A stretch of DNA of 64,000 nt. It comes from Polyangiales bacterium (GTDB lineage: Bacteria > Myxococcota_A > Polyangia > Polyangiales > JADJQN01). The position numbers and the translations under genes were made by a program. The notes under the pieces are model-generated. The model was given only the letters and a program-made list of their open reading frames with translations. It did no database searches and had not been told where the DNA came from. This document shows, one piece after another, positions 52,440-64,000 of this stretch. The stretch's first letter is position 1. Each line of letters opens with the position of its first letter. The stretch covers positions 1 to 64,000 of the forward strand of contig CAXNJO010000007.1 of assembly GCA_964202905.1 (NCBI GenBank). Direction: 5' to 3'.

Positions 52440-53157
52440 CGCGACGGACGCGGAGCTGCGCGCGCCCGTCCTCGCGCTCGACGGCGTCCGCAAGCACTTC
52501 GGGACGAAGGTCGTCACCGAGGTGCTGCGCGGGATCGACCTGCGCATCGTCGCGGGCGAGCTCATCGCGCTCACCGGCCCGTCGGGCTCGGGCAAGAGCA
52601 CGCTGCTCAACCTCATCGGGCTGCTCGATCGGCCGAGCGCAGGGCGCGTGCGCGTCGCGGGTGAGGACACGGGCGCGCTCGACGATGCCGGCCTCACGCG
52701 GCTGCGCGGCACGAAGCTCGGCTTCGTCTTCCAGTTCCACCACCTGCTGCCCGGCTTCAGCGCCGTCGAGAACGTGATGATGCCGATGGTCATCGCGCGC
52801 GGGCGGCCACGGCCGGAGATGCGCGGGAAGGCGGTCGCGCTGCTCGATCGCGTCGGTCTCGCGGACCGCGCCGACGCGCGCCCGCTCGAGCTCTCCGGCG
52901 GCCAGCAGCAGCGCGTCGCGATCGCCCGCGCGCTCGCGCTCGATGCGCCGCTCATCCTCGCCGACGAGCCCACGGGCAACCTCGACACCGAGAGCGCGTC
53001 GCGCGTCTTCGCGCTCATGCGTGAGTTGAACCGCACGACGCGGCAGGCCTTCCTCGTGGTCACCCACGACCCGCGGCTCGCGGCGCAGTGCGAGCGCGTC
53101 GTGAACCTCGTCGATGGGCGGATCGTCGCCGACGGCCCGCCCCCCGCGGCGTCGTAG
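52432..53157 (+). CDS. LolD/MacB-type ABC ATP-binding protein
   Basis: [35 protein letters not shown] and VTHD. Confidence 0.95.
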   Translation: MADATDAELRAPVLALDGVRKHFGTKVVTEVLRGIDLRIVAGELIALTGPSGSGKSTLLNLIGLLDRPSAGRVRVAGEDTGALDDAGLTRLRGTKLGFVFQFHHLLPGFSAVENVMMPMVIARGRPRPEMRGKAVALLDRVGLADRADARPLELSGGQQQRVAIARALALDAPLILADEPTGNLDTESASRVFALMRELNRTTRQAFLVVTHDPRLAAQCERVVNLVDGRIVADGPPPAAS

Positions 53158-53236
53158 GGCCGACCTGCGGGGCCCGGCGGCGCGCCTCACGCGGCCCCTG
53201 CCCACCCGGGGCGCGGCGTGGTAGATCGGCGCCGCC

Positions 53237-55960
<2,724 letters not shown>

Positions 55961-55976
55961 TCCCGCTCCAAATCAA

Positions 55977-56019
55977 GCGCGCCCGCCGCCTCCCGGGGCA
56001 GCGGGCGCGTCTCGTTTTC
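55977..56019. terminator. GC-rich hairpin between convergent genes (probable terminator)
   Basis: GCGCGCCCGCCGCCTC-CC-GGGGCAGCGGGCGCGT followed by CTCGTTTTC. Confidence 0.6.
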
Positions 56020-56037
56020 AGAGGCGTCGCGCGCGCG

Positions 56038-56687
56038 TCAGAGGAAGCGCGCCAGGTTCTCGACGCAGGTTGCCGCCGTACCTTCAGCGCGAGGCCGACG
56101 ATCAAGAGGACCGCGTCGAGCAGCAGCGAGGCGCCGCTGAGTCCGAGTCCGACGAGCGCGACGGTCTTGCTCGTCGGGTGTGCGCCGGGCTGGTTGGCGC
56201 GCGTGATGGCGTAGGCGCCCAGTGCTGCGCCCGCGAACGCGATCGGCAGCCCGATGTAGCAGCACCAGCAAAGGACGAACGAGAGCGCCCCGAGCGCGAC
56301 GGACGCGATCGCAACGGGATCGACCGGCTGCGGCGGCCCGCTCCCATCCGGGCCACCGCCTCCCGGCGGCGCGCCAAACCCGCCTCCCGGCGGCGCGCCA
56401 AACCCCCCGCCCGGTGGCGGGCCGAATCCCCCGCTCGGCAATGAACCGAATCCCCCGCCCGGTGGTGGGCCGAATCCCCCGCCCGGTGACGGCTCACCAA
56501 ATCCCCCGCTCGGCGGTGGGCCAAATCCCCCGCTCGGCGGCGCACCAAAACCACTGCTGGGCGGCGCACCAAATCCCCCGCTCGGTGGCGGCGCACCGAA
56601 TCCCCCGCTCGACGGCGGCGCACCAAACCCACTGCTCGGCGGCTTGCCGAATCCGCCTCCCGGCGGGTCGTCCTGATCTCCCTGCAT
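56038..56687 (-). CDS. Gly/Pro/Phe-repeat membrane protein (DUF4190-like); probable indels near the 3' end
   Basis: MQGDQDD, then about 11 GGFG.PP units, then AIASVALG...CWCC TM hairpin and a further TM. Confidence 0.75.
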
Positions 56688-56787
56688 TCCGCGTCTCCTC
56701 GCTCCGCCCCGGTGTGGAGCGTGTCTCGTCGACCCCGCCGTGCCCGTGCGTCGGCCGATGCCTGCGCGCCGGCAGGACACCATGCGG

Positions 56788-57789
56788 CTACTCGCGCAGC
56801 AACACGTCGCAGTAATACCGGACCTTCTGGATGAGTTTGCCGTGCGGACGTGTGTGGATGTCCTTCTTCAGCGCGAGCATCACCTTGCGCTGCACGGTGT
56901 ACGTGTTGAGGACGCGCTGCGGCGGCGCCGCAGCCCCGACGTCGCGGAGTGCGTCGAACACGGACTCCTTCGGATAGCCCCACACCGCGAGATCGGCCGG
57001 GTCCAGGCGCTCGACGATGCGCTCGGCGAGCGCGCGCTTCGTCGCGTCGCCCGCCAGCTCCGCGGCCCACTTGTGCACGCTGTCGGTGACGGGGCGCGAG
57101 TGCTGGTTGACGGTGATCGGGTCGCCCATGCCCTTCTTCGCGTCGAAGCGCTTGCCGTACTCGACGGCCTCCGGCTCGTGCGCCAGCCCGAGGAAGGCGA
57201 AGATCCGCTCGAGCTGCGCCTCGGGCGCCGCGACGAGGTCCTCGTAGCCCACCTGCACCATCGGCACCGGCCGCTCGCGGAGGAAGCGCGCCATCGCGGG
57301 CACGTAGCGCTCGGCCACGGGGTTGAAGTCGTGTGCGCGCGCCCAGTCGCCGTCGAAGAAGCTGTTGGCGAAACTCGACATCACCGCGAGCGGGTGCCGC
57401 GTCAGCACCACGTACTTGGCGTGCGGATAGAGCTTCGCGAGGAAGGGCAGCACGAGCCCGTAGGCGGGCGTCTTGTCGAGGAACATCGACTTGCCGGGCG
57501 CGGTCGCGAGCATGCGGTCATACATCGTGTCGGCATACGCGCGCACGGCGTCGAGGTAGTCTTCTTCGCCGCGCGGGAGGCCCTGCACGAAGAGGCGAAT
57601 CGCCTCCGCGGCGTTGATGTGGTCGTAGGGCGCCTTGTCGACCGTGTCGTGGTAGCCGAGGTACGCGAGCGGCGTGACCAGGTGCGGCTCGGGATGCGTG
57701 AAGATCTCGGTGTGCGAGCCGAGCAGCCGTTGCAGCAGCGTCGAGCCCGAGCGCGGCGGCGAGATGATGAAGAGCAGCTTTTCCTGCAC
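56788..57789 (-). CDS. PAPS-dependent sulfotransferase
   Basis: PPRSGSTLL, DKTP, RHP..V.SS and YEDLV..P. Confidence 0.93.
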   Translation of the reverse strand: MQEKLLFIISPPRSGSTLLQRLLGSHTEIFTHPEPHLVTPLAYLGYHDTVDKAPYDHINAAEAIRLFVQGLPRGEEDYLDAVRAYADTMYDRMLATAPGKSMFLDKTPAYGLVLPFLAKLYPHAKYVVLTRHPLAVMSSFANSFFDGDWARAHDFNPVAERYVPAMARFLRERPVPMVQVGYEDLVAAPEAQLERIFAFLGLAHEPEAVEYGKRFDAKKGMGDPITVNQHSRPVTDSVHKWAAELAGDATKRALAERIVERLDPADLAVWGYPKESVFDALRDVGAAAPPQRVLNTYTVQRKVMLALKKDIHTRPHGKLIQKVRYYCDVLLRE

Positions 57790-57954
57790 GGCGTCCTCCG
57801 CCTGCCCGCGTAACCCGCGCGTGCTATCTCCGCAACCTTCTCGCTCGCCCCGGTCGGCCGCTCCGGTCTTCGCGGCCTCCGGCAGCCCGCTCGCTGCGGT
57901 CACGCAGCGCGTCCCCTCCCCGCCTCCCGAGAGGCGCACCGAGTCGAGGTCCAC

Positions 57955-59361
57955 GTGTCGATTCAGCTCAACGTGCTCTCCAGCGATTCGTCCCCGTCGT
58001 CCCCCAGCGTCGTGCCGGCGCTCAAGCCCGCCGTCCCCGCGAGCGCGCTCGCGCACCGCGATCTGCTCGGCGGTGACTTCTGGCGGCGCATCCCCGCCTA
58101 CAAGGACGTCACCGAGGCGCAGTTCCTCGATCACCACTGGCAGGCGAAGAACTCGATCCTCAAGCCGGAGAAGCTCCTCGCGACGCTTCAGGGCCTCGTT
58201 AGCGAGACCTTCGTCGCCGACGTCCAGGACGGCTTCGCGCGCGCACCCATGGCGCTGCGCGTCTCGCCGTATCTCCTGTCGATCATCGATTGGCAGAATC
58301 CCTACTCCGACCCGCTGCGTCGGCAGTTCATCCCGATGGGCTCGACGCGCCTGCCCGATCACCCGAAGCTCGGTCTCGACTCGCTCGGCGAGCAGGCGGA
58401 CGCCCCGGTCGCGGGCCTCACGCACCGCTACCGTGACAAGGCGCTCTTCCTCGCGCTCGACACCTGCCCCGTCTACTGCCGCTTCTGCACGCGCAGCTAC
58501 GCCGTCGGCACCGACACCGGCGAGGTCGAGAAGGTGCAGCTCAAGGCCAACCCCGAGCGCTGGCGCGCGGCCTTCGACTACATCCGCTCGCGCCCGGAGC
58601 TCGAGGACATCGTCATCTCCGGCGGCGACGCGTGGAGTCTGCGCGCCGACCAGATCCGCGCCCTCGGGGACACGCTCCTCGACATCCCTCACGTGCGCCG
58701 CATGCGCTTCGCGACGAAGGGCCCCGCGGTCATGCCGCAGAAGCTCCTCACCGACGACCCGTGGTTCGAGTCGCTCATCCACGTCGTCAAGCGTGGCCGC
58801 GCGCTCGGCAAGGACGTCGTGCTGCACACGCACTTCAACCACGCGAACGAGATCACCGAGATCACGCAGCGTGCCCTCGCGCGCGTGCACGCCGAGGGCG
58901 TGATGGTGCGCAACCAGAGCGTCCTGCAGCGCGGCGTGAACGACACCGTCGAGGCGATGACGCTGCTCGTGCGGCGCCTCGGCTTCGTGAACGTGCACCC
59001 CTACTACGTGTACCAGCACGATCTCGTGCAGGGCACCGAGGAGCTGCGCACCACGGTGCAGACGGCCATCGACCTCGAGAAGCACGTGCGCGGCTCGACG
59101 GCCGGCTTCAACACGCCGACCTTCGTCGTCGACGCGCCGCAGGGAGGCGGCAAGCGCGACGCGCACTCCTTCGAGTACTACGACCGCACCACCGGCATCA
59201 GCGTCTACACCGCGCCGAGCGTGAAGCCGGGCGTGTTGTTCTACTACTTCGATCCCGTCGATTTGCTCCCCGAGGAGGGGCGCCGTCGCTGGGCGGATCC
59301 GGCCGAGCACCCGCGCATGGTCGAGGATGCGCTCGCCATGGCGGCGGCCCGGGCGCGCTGA
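57955..59361 (+). CDS. KamA-family radical SAM/PLP aminomutase
   Basis: CPVYCRFC, SGGD, THFNH, NQSVL.RGVND and DAPQGGGK. Confidence 0.93.
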   Translation: MSIQLNVLSSDSSPSSPSVVPALKPAVPASALAHRDLLGGDFWRRIPAYKDVTEAQFLDHHWQAKNSILKPEKLLATLQGLVSETFVADVQDGFARAPMALRVSPYLLSIIDWQNPYSDPLRRQFIPMGSTRLPDHPKLGLDSLGEQADAPVAGLTHRYRDKALFLALDTCPVYCRFCTRSYAVGTDTGEVEKVQLKANPERWRAAFDYIRSRPELEDIVISGGDAWSLRADQIRALGDTLLDIPHVRRMRFATKGPAVMPQKLLTDDPWFESLIHVVKRGRALGKDVVLHTHFNHANEITEITQRALARVHAEGVMVRNQSVLQRGVNDTVEAMTLLVRRLGFVNVHPYYVYQHDLVQGTEELRTTVQTAIDLEKHVRGSTAGFNTPTFVVDAPQGGGKRDAHSFEYYDRTTGISVYTAPSVKPGVLFYYFDPVDLLPEEGRRRWADPAEHPRMVEDALAMAAARAR

Positions 59362-59426
59362 GCCCCGTCCAGGCGCGCCGCGCTGGCGCCGGGTCCGCAG
59401 CGAGTGGCCCGGCGTGCGCAGCGCGC

Positions 59427-60056
59427 TCAGCCGCACCAGCCGGGCGACTCGTCGACGCCGGGGGCGCAGAAGTCCTCCGGCGCGCGTGCGTAGTGCGCAT
59501 CGACGAAGGCCCGCAACGATGCCTCGTCGAGGCACGTCGCGCGGTAGATCTCGCCCCACGCGGCGGCGGCGATCGGCACGTCGAGGTCCGGTGACGGCAC
59601 GACGATCAAGCGGTGCGGGACGCTGGTCGTCGTGCACCGCGGATCAGGCGTGTAGGTGTCGTAGAAGGCGCGCAGCCGCGCGGGCACGTCGGCGCAGTCG
59701 GCCCCGCACGCGTACGCGATGACGACCCCGCCGTGCTCGAGCGAGTGCACGAGGTGGCCCCACGGCACGGGCGCGTCGTACACGCCGAAGGCGGCCCAGG
59801 TCGCGTAATGCGGGCCCTCGCTCGGCGGGGTCGTGTCGAACGTGGTGTCGGTGCACGGTGTGAGGTGCGTCGCCGCCTCCCGCGTGGCGGCGGACGCGGT
59901 GAGGACGCGGCACTCGGTGGCGGGCGGGATCGGCGCAGCATCGGGGCGCGTCTCGACGATGTTGTCGAGGCCACCATCTCTCAGGATGGTCGCCGGCGTC
60001 TCCGCACACGCCGCGACGAGGAGCGTGAGCGCCGCCGCGAGCACACGCCGGTTCAA
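59427..60056 (-). CDS. DUF3105-family lipoprotein
   Basis: Lipobox VAAC; PPSEGPHY, VHSLEHGGV and AAAWG. Confidence 0.88.
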   Translation of the reverse strand: MNRRVLAAALTLLVAACAETPATILRDGGLDNIVETRPDAAPIPPATECRVLTASAATREAATHLTPCTDTTFDTTPPSEGPHYATWAAFGVYDAPVPWGHLVHSLEHGGVVIAYACGADCADVPARLRAFYDTYTPDPRCTTTSVPHRLIVVPSPDLDVPIAAAAWGEIYRATCLDEASLRAFVDAHYARAPEDFCAPGVDESPGWCG

Positions 60057-60877
60057 CGCGACCTCGCGCGTACGACGTAGATCTGAGACTCGCTCTCGGG
60101 CTGCAGCGGGCCGCGGTCGAAGTCGCCGTAACAGGCCTCGATCGCGAAGCCGTTGTAGTGCAGCAGCGCCTCCAGCTCGGCGGGGAAGAACTGCCGATGC
60201 GCGAGCGGGACTACGAAGGTGTTCTCGTCGTCCGCCGGGTCTTCGAAGATCATGGTGACCAACTGGACCTGCTTCACGGGGTCGTAGTGGAACGTCTCGC
60301 CGTAGCGGTAGCGCTTGCCGTCGCTCGGCCAGCGCACGGCGGGCGCGCGGAACACGCGGCTCGGATCGCGCGCGAGCGCGCCTGCGTCCGGCACCAGCAC
60401 GTCGAACACGAACCGGCCGCGCGGCGCGAGGTGGGCCTTCACCGTCGCGAGCGCGCGCTCGAGGTCACGCCGATCGTAAAGGTGCATGAACGTGTTGAAG
60501 GGCGCGATGACGAGCGGGAAGCGGCGCCGCAGCCGCACGCTGCGCATGTCGCCCTGCCGGAAGCTGAGGCGCTCGCGGACCGCGCGCGGCTCCTTTGCCA
60601 CCTGCGCCGCCGCGCGCTCGAGCATGGCCGGGACGAGGTCCACGCATATCACCTCGGTGCCCGCGCGGGCCATCGCGAGCGCGACGCGGCCCGTCCCCGC
60701 GCCGAGCTCCAGCACCCCACCGCCTCCGCGCGCGTCCGCCTCTGCGACGTAGAACGCGACGTCTTCGCGGCGGCGACGGTAGGCCTGGTCGTAGTAGGCG
60801 CCGTCCTCGTAGAGGGCGCGCGTCCCCGCCTCGAGGATGGCGTGGCGGGCTTCTTTCGGCGTGAGGGGCTGGCTCAT
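60053..60877 (-). CDS. Class I SAM-dependent methyltransferase
   Basis: VLELGAGTGR, GDMR and PFNTFMHL. Confidence 0.9.
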   Translation of the reverse strand: MSQPLTPKEARHAILEAGTRALYEDGAYYDQAYRRRREDVAFYVAEADARGGGGVLELGAGTGRVALAMARAGTEVICVDLVPAMLERAAAQVAKEPRAVRERLSFRQGDMRSVRLRRRFPLVIAPFNTFMHLYDRRDLERALATVKAHLAPRGRFVFDVLVPDAGALARDPSRVFRAPAVRWPSDGKRYRYGETFHYDPVKQVQLVTMIFEDPADDENTFVVPLAHRQFFPAELEALLHYNGFAIEACYGDFDRGPLQPESESQIYVVRARSR

Positions 60878-60884
60878 CGGCGTC

Positions 60885-61541
60885 TCATGAGGCGGCGTCC
60901 TCCTCGCTGAAGTCGGGCGGGGGCGGGCGCATCGGGACGTGGCCCGGTGTGCGGGGGTCTTCGCCGCCGTCGGGGAGCATGCCGGGCGTCGCGGCCGGGC
61001 CCGCGAGATCCGGCTCGTTCTCGATGAAGCGGTACGCGGCGACGAACCACGCCGCGCCGCGCTTCTCCATCACGAACTCCATGCGGCGCACGTACGGGCG
61101 GCCCATCCACTCGCCGACGCCGTGGCCGCGCAGCGCGATCCGGCCGCCCTCGAGGTTCTCGCTCTCGTTGATCTGCAGACGCAGCCGCGTGTCCGCGAGC
61201 TGCTTCCACACCGCCTCGCCGAGCGCGCGATCCTCGGGGCTCATCTCCACTTCGCGTTGCTGCCGCTGCGCGATCTTCTCCCGCGCGACGCCGACGCTGA
61301 GCCGCAACCCGACGTCGTGCGCGCGCGTCCGCCACGCGTCGAGCCACGACTCCGCGGCGCGCTCGGGCGTGCCCTGATCGACCGCGACCTCCCGCGGCAC
61401 GACGGGGGGCATCGGCCCGCCGGGCTCGGGTTCGCCCCGCTGTGTCGACAGCACGGAGACGACGCCCACCGAGATCATCACGCTCGCGGCCGCGAGCACG
61501 AGGGGCGTCGAGACGCGCCGTGGGATTGCACGCTCAGCCAT
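60885..61541 (-). CDS. Hypothetical membrane-anchored protein
   Basis: N-terminal hydrophobic helix, then TPERAAESW..AW; within a tightly packed minus-strand run. Confidence 0.7.
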   Translation of the reverse strand: MAERAIPRRVSTPLVLAAASVMISVGVVSVLSTQRGEPEPGGPMPPVVPREVAVDQGTPERAAESWLDAWRTRAHDVGLRLSVGVAREKIAQRQQREVEMSPEDRALGEAVWKQLADTRLRLQINESENLEGGRIALRGHGVGEWMGRPYVRRMEFVMEKRGAAWFVAAYRFIENEPDLAGPAATPGMLPDGGEDPRTPGHVPMRPPPPDFSEEDAAS

Positions 61542-62343
61542 GGGCCCTCCGCGCGAGCAGCGTTCGCGCGATCTCGGCGAACCCCGCGCCGTGCTCCGCC
61601 TCGGCCACGTAGCGTGGCGCCGTCGGCAGCGCGTCGAGCCAGCGCAGCACGTTGCGCGGCCCCGCGCTCGCGCGGAACGCCGCGAAGGCCGCTGCATCGT
61701 TGCCGCTGTCGCCGACGAAGAGCACGGCGTCGTCGGGCACGGCGTGTCCCGTCGCGGCGGCGAGCGCCGCGCGGATGCCCGTCGCCTTGTCGTGATCGCC
61801 GAAGAACGCGTGCGCATGCACGCTCGACACGATCGCGCGCGCGCCCTCGGCCTCGATGAGCGCGCGGAGCGCCTCGCGCTCGCTCTCGGAGAGATGCGCG
61901 TGCTCGCCGACGTCGAACGCCAGATCGACGCGGCGCGCGCGCTGATCGTCCGTCACGCGCACGGTGGGCAGCGCCCGCGCGACACGCTCGCGGAGGGAAT
62001 CGAGGCGCCGCAGGCCCGCCGTGCGCGTCGCCGCGTCGTCGGCGTAGTCCTCGCGCAGGGCGCCAGTCGCCGCGTCGCGCCACACCCAGCCGCCGCCGTT
62101 CTCGCCGACGGCCGCGTGCACCGGCCACTGCCGCGCGACGACGTCGCAGAGCCCGAGCGGACGGCCCGTCGCCGCGACGAGCACGAGGCCCGCGTCGGCG
62201 AGCGCCCAGAGCGCGTCGTAGGCGTCTCGCTCGAGACGGCCATCCCGCGTGATGGTGTCGTCGATGTCGAACGCGACCGCCGTGATCGCGCGGGCCTCGG
62301 CGGCGGTGAGCGCGGCGATCGGCGCGGGCGCGGCGGGGCTCAC
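61534..62343 (-). CDS. HAD-IIB family hydrolase
   Basis: FDIDDT, ATGR, ENGG, DKATG and GDSGND. Confidence 0.9.
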   Translation of the reverse strand: MSPAAPAPIAALTAAEARAITAVAFDIDDTITRDGRLERDAYDALWALADAGLVLVAATGRPLGLCDVVARQWPVHAAVGENGGGWVWRDAATGALREDYADDAATRTAGLRRLDSLRERVARALPTVRVTDDQRARRVDLAFDVGEHAHLSESEREALRALIEAEGARAIVSSVHAHAFFGDHDKATGIRAALAAATGHAVPDDAVLFVGDSGNDAAAFAAFRASAGPRNVLRWLDALPTAPRYVAEAEHGAGFAEIARTLLARRAHG

Positions 62344-63530
62344 GACGCGCGCAGGAAGGCGCACTTCAGGTAGCGGCCTTCGGGGAAGGAGGCAGGCACC
62401 GGGTGATCGGGGCCCTGCTCGCCGAGGTGTACCAGCGTGACGTCGCGGCCCGCGTCGCGTGCCGCCATCCCGACGACGCGCAGGAACTCGCCCGGGCGGA
62501 TCGCCGCCGAGCACGAGCACGAGACGAGCAGACCGCCCGGCTCGAGGAGCTTGATCGCCGTCGCGTTGAGGCGGCGGTAAGCCTTGCGGCCCTGGTCGAG
62601 GTGGCGTGCGGTCGGCGCGAGCTTGGGCGGATCGACGAGGACCACGTCGAATTTCTCGCCGCGCTGCACGAGCTCGGGGAGGGCGCGCTTGACGTCCGCG
62701 CGGACGAAGTCGATCCGGTCGCTGAGCCGCGCGTGCTGCGCGATCACCGCGCCTGCGCCGATCGCGGCGGCCGACGCGTCGATCGCCGTCACCTTCGCCG
62801 CCCCGCCGCGCGCGGCCGCGAGCGAGAACGCCCCGACGTACGAGAAGGCGTCGAGCACGCGCTTGCCGCGCACGAGTCCCTCGAATCGCCCGCGGTTCTC
62901 GCGCTGATCGAAGTAGAAGCCCGTCTTCTGCGACGCGCTCAGCGGCAACTCGAAGTCGAAGCCGCGCTCGCGGAAGCGCAGCGTGTCGATCGACGGACCT
63001 CGCACGATCTGCGTCTGCGCTTCGAATCCCTCGAGCCGCTGCGTGCGCTCGCTCGCGACCTCGATGATGGTCTTCGCGCCCGTGACGCGGGCGACCTCCG
63101 CGAAGACGTCCGCCTCGCGCCGCTTCATCCCGAGCGTGAGCAGCTGCACGGACGCGGCCGAGCCGAAGACATCGACGATGAGCCCCGCGAGCCCGTCGCC
63201 CTCCGCGTGGACGAGCCGGTATCCCGTCGTCTCGTCGCCGGGCAGCCCGAGCCAGGCCTTGCGCCAGGCCGCGGCCTCTTCGAGCCGACGCCCGAGGAAG
63301 GCCGTGTCGAGCGCCTCGTCCGAATCGCGCGAGAGGATGCGCACCGGAATCGCCGAGTCCGGGGACCAGTATCCCCGGCCGAGCACGTTGCCCCGTGCAT
63401 CGACGACGGACACGACGTCGCCCGCGGCGGGCGCGCCTTCGACGCGCTCGATCGCTTGCGCGAAGACCCATGGATGCCCCGCCCAGACGGGTTGGACGTG
63501 ACCGGAACGCAGGCGGATCTTCGCGGACAT
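62340..63530 (-). CDS. rlmI: RlmI-like rRNA SAM methyltransferase with PUA domain
   Basis: [38 protein letters not shown] and YLK. Confidence 0.9.
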   Translation of the reverse strand: MSAKIRLRSGHVQPVWAGHPWVFAQAIERVEGAPAAGDVVSVVDARGNVLGRGYWSPDSAIPVRILSRDSDEALDTAFLGRRLEEAAAWRKAWLGLPGDETTGYRLVHAEGDGLAGLIVDVFGSAASVQLLTLGMKRREADVFAEVARVTGAKTIIEVASERTQRLEGFEAQTQIVRGPSIDTLRFRERGFDFELPLSASQKTGFYFDQRENRGRFEGLVRGKRVLDAFSYVGAFSLAAARGGAAKVTAIDASAAAIGAGAVIAQHARLSDRIDFVRADVKRALPELVQRGEKFDVVLVDPPKLAPTARHLDQGRKAYRRLNATAIKLLEPGGLLVSCSCSAAIRPGEFLRVVGMAARDAGRDVTLVHLGEQGPDHPVPASFPEGRYLKCAFLRAS

Positions 63531-63662
63531 CGGCGCGATGCTAGCAGCACGTCGATCGAAGCGCGCGCGTGCGGTGCCCTGCGTGCCTTGCCGGTGCCGG
63601 ATGCGCGGCGTAGGCTCGCCGCACCCACCGCGGCCGCGACGGGCGCGTGGAGCCGGAGTGTC

Positions 63663-63917
63663 ATGCCGAACATCGGAATGGGTGAGCTGGTCGTCGTGCT
63701 GCTGATCGTCCTGCTCGTCTTCGGGGCGAGCCGTCTGCCGCAGATCGGCGAGGGCGTCGGCAAGGCGATCAAGAACTTCAAGCGCGGCATCCAATCCGAC
63801 GACGACATCGAGGTCACGCCGAAGGTCGCCAAGCGCGTCGCCGCGGGCGCGAGCGGGAGCAAACTCGCGCTCGACGAGACGGAAGACGCCGAGGTGGTCG
63901 AGCGCAAGAACGGCTGA
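63663..63917 (+). CDS. tatA: Twin-arginine translocase TatA/E subunit
   Basis: IGMGEL...[24 protein letters not shown]. Confidence 0.93.
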   Translation: MPNIGMGELVVVLLIVLLVFGASRLPQIGEGVGKAIKNFKRGIQSDDDIEVTPKVAKRVAAGASGSKLALDETEDAEVVERKNG

Positions 63918-63926
63918 GCCGCGCGC

Positions 63927-64000
63927 ATGGCGTGGCTCGACGACGACGCGGCCATCCTCGCGCGCCGCGTCGCTTCGCTGAAGGACCCGCAGCTCCGCGT
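63927..64000 (+). CDS. 5' end of an unidentified CDS cut by the window edge
   Basis: ATG 10 nt after the tatA stop; reads MAWLDDDAAILARRVASLKDPQLR and stays open to the end. Confidence 0.5.
   Translation, partial: MAWLDDDAAILARRVASLKDPQLR

Overview
Very GC-rich chromosomal window, most likely from a myxobacterium (Myxococcota, probably class Polyangia). This is inferred from gene content (Cys-rich lipoproteins, MYXO-CTERM-like tails, deltaproteobacterial rimP-truB gene order), not from a marker-gene test. It holds about 57 CDS and one tRNA-Cys(GCA). Core genes: rimP-nusA-ylxR/L7Ae-infB-DUF503-rbfA-nrnA-truB, msrB, acnA, an rlmI-like gene and tatA. Accessory modules: an L,D-transpeptidase; a TatT/DctP (TPAT) pair; a MoxR/DUF58/transglutaminase/TPR operon; a sulfatase-like HEAT protein; a short CFA-type methyltransferase plus FAD oxidoreductase; a four-gene DUF4407 membrane operon; an MFP/ABC exporter; and a divergent sulfotransferase/KamA pair. 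The best candidate for an undescribed system is 41.0-49.8 kb: several c-type heme lipoproteins, a Tat-exported DUF1501-like protein, DUF4266, DUF3570 and a second predicted barrel, with a candidate sigma54 promoter. An AT-richer array at 1899-2120 has a 17-bp palindrome at an exact 41-bp period. No cas genes, transposases, integrases or phage genes were recognised. About 10 genes carry single-base frameshifts (about 6 in acnA alone), probably long-read consensus errors. All family assignments come from motif recognition by eye, not from database searches.
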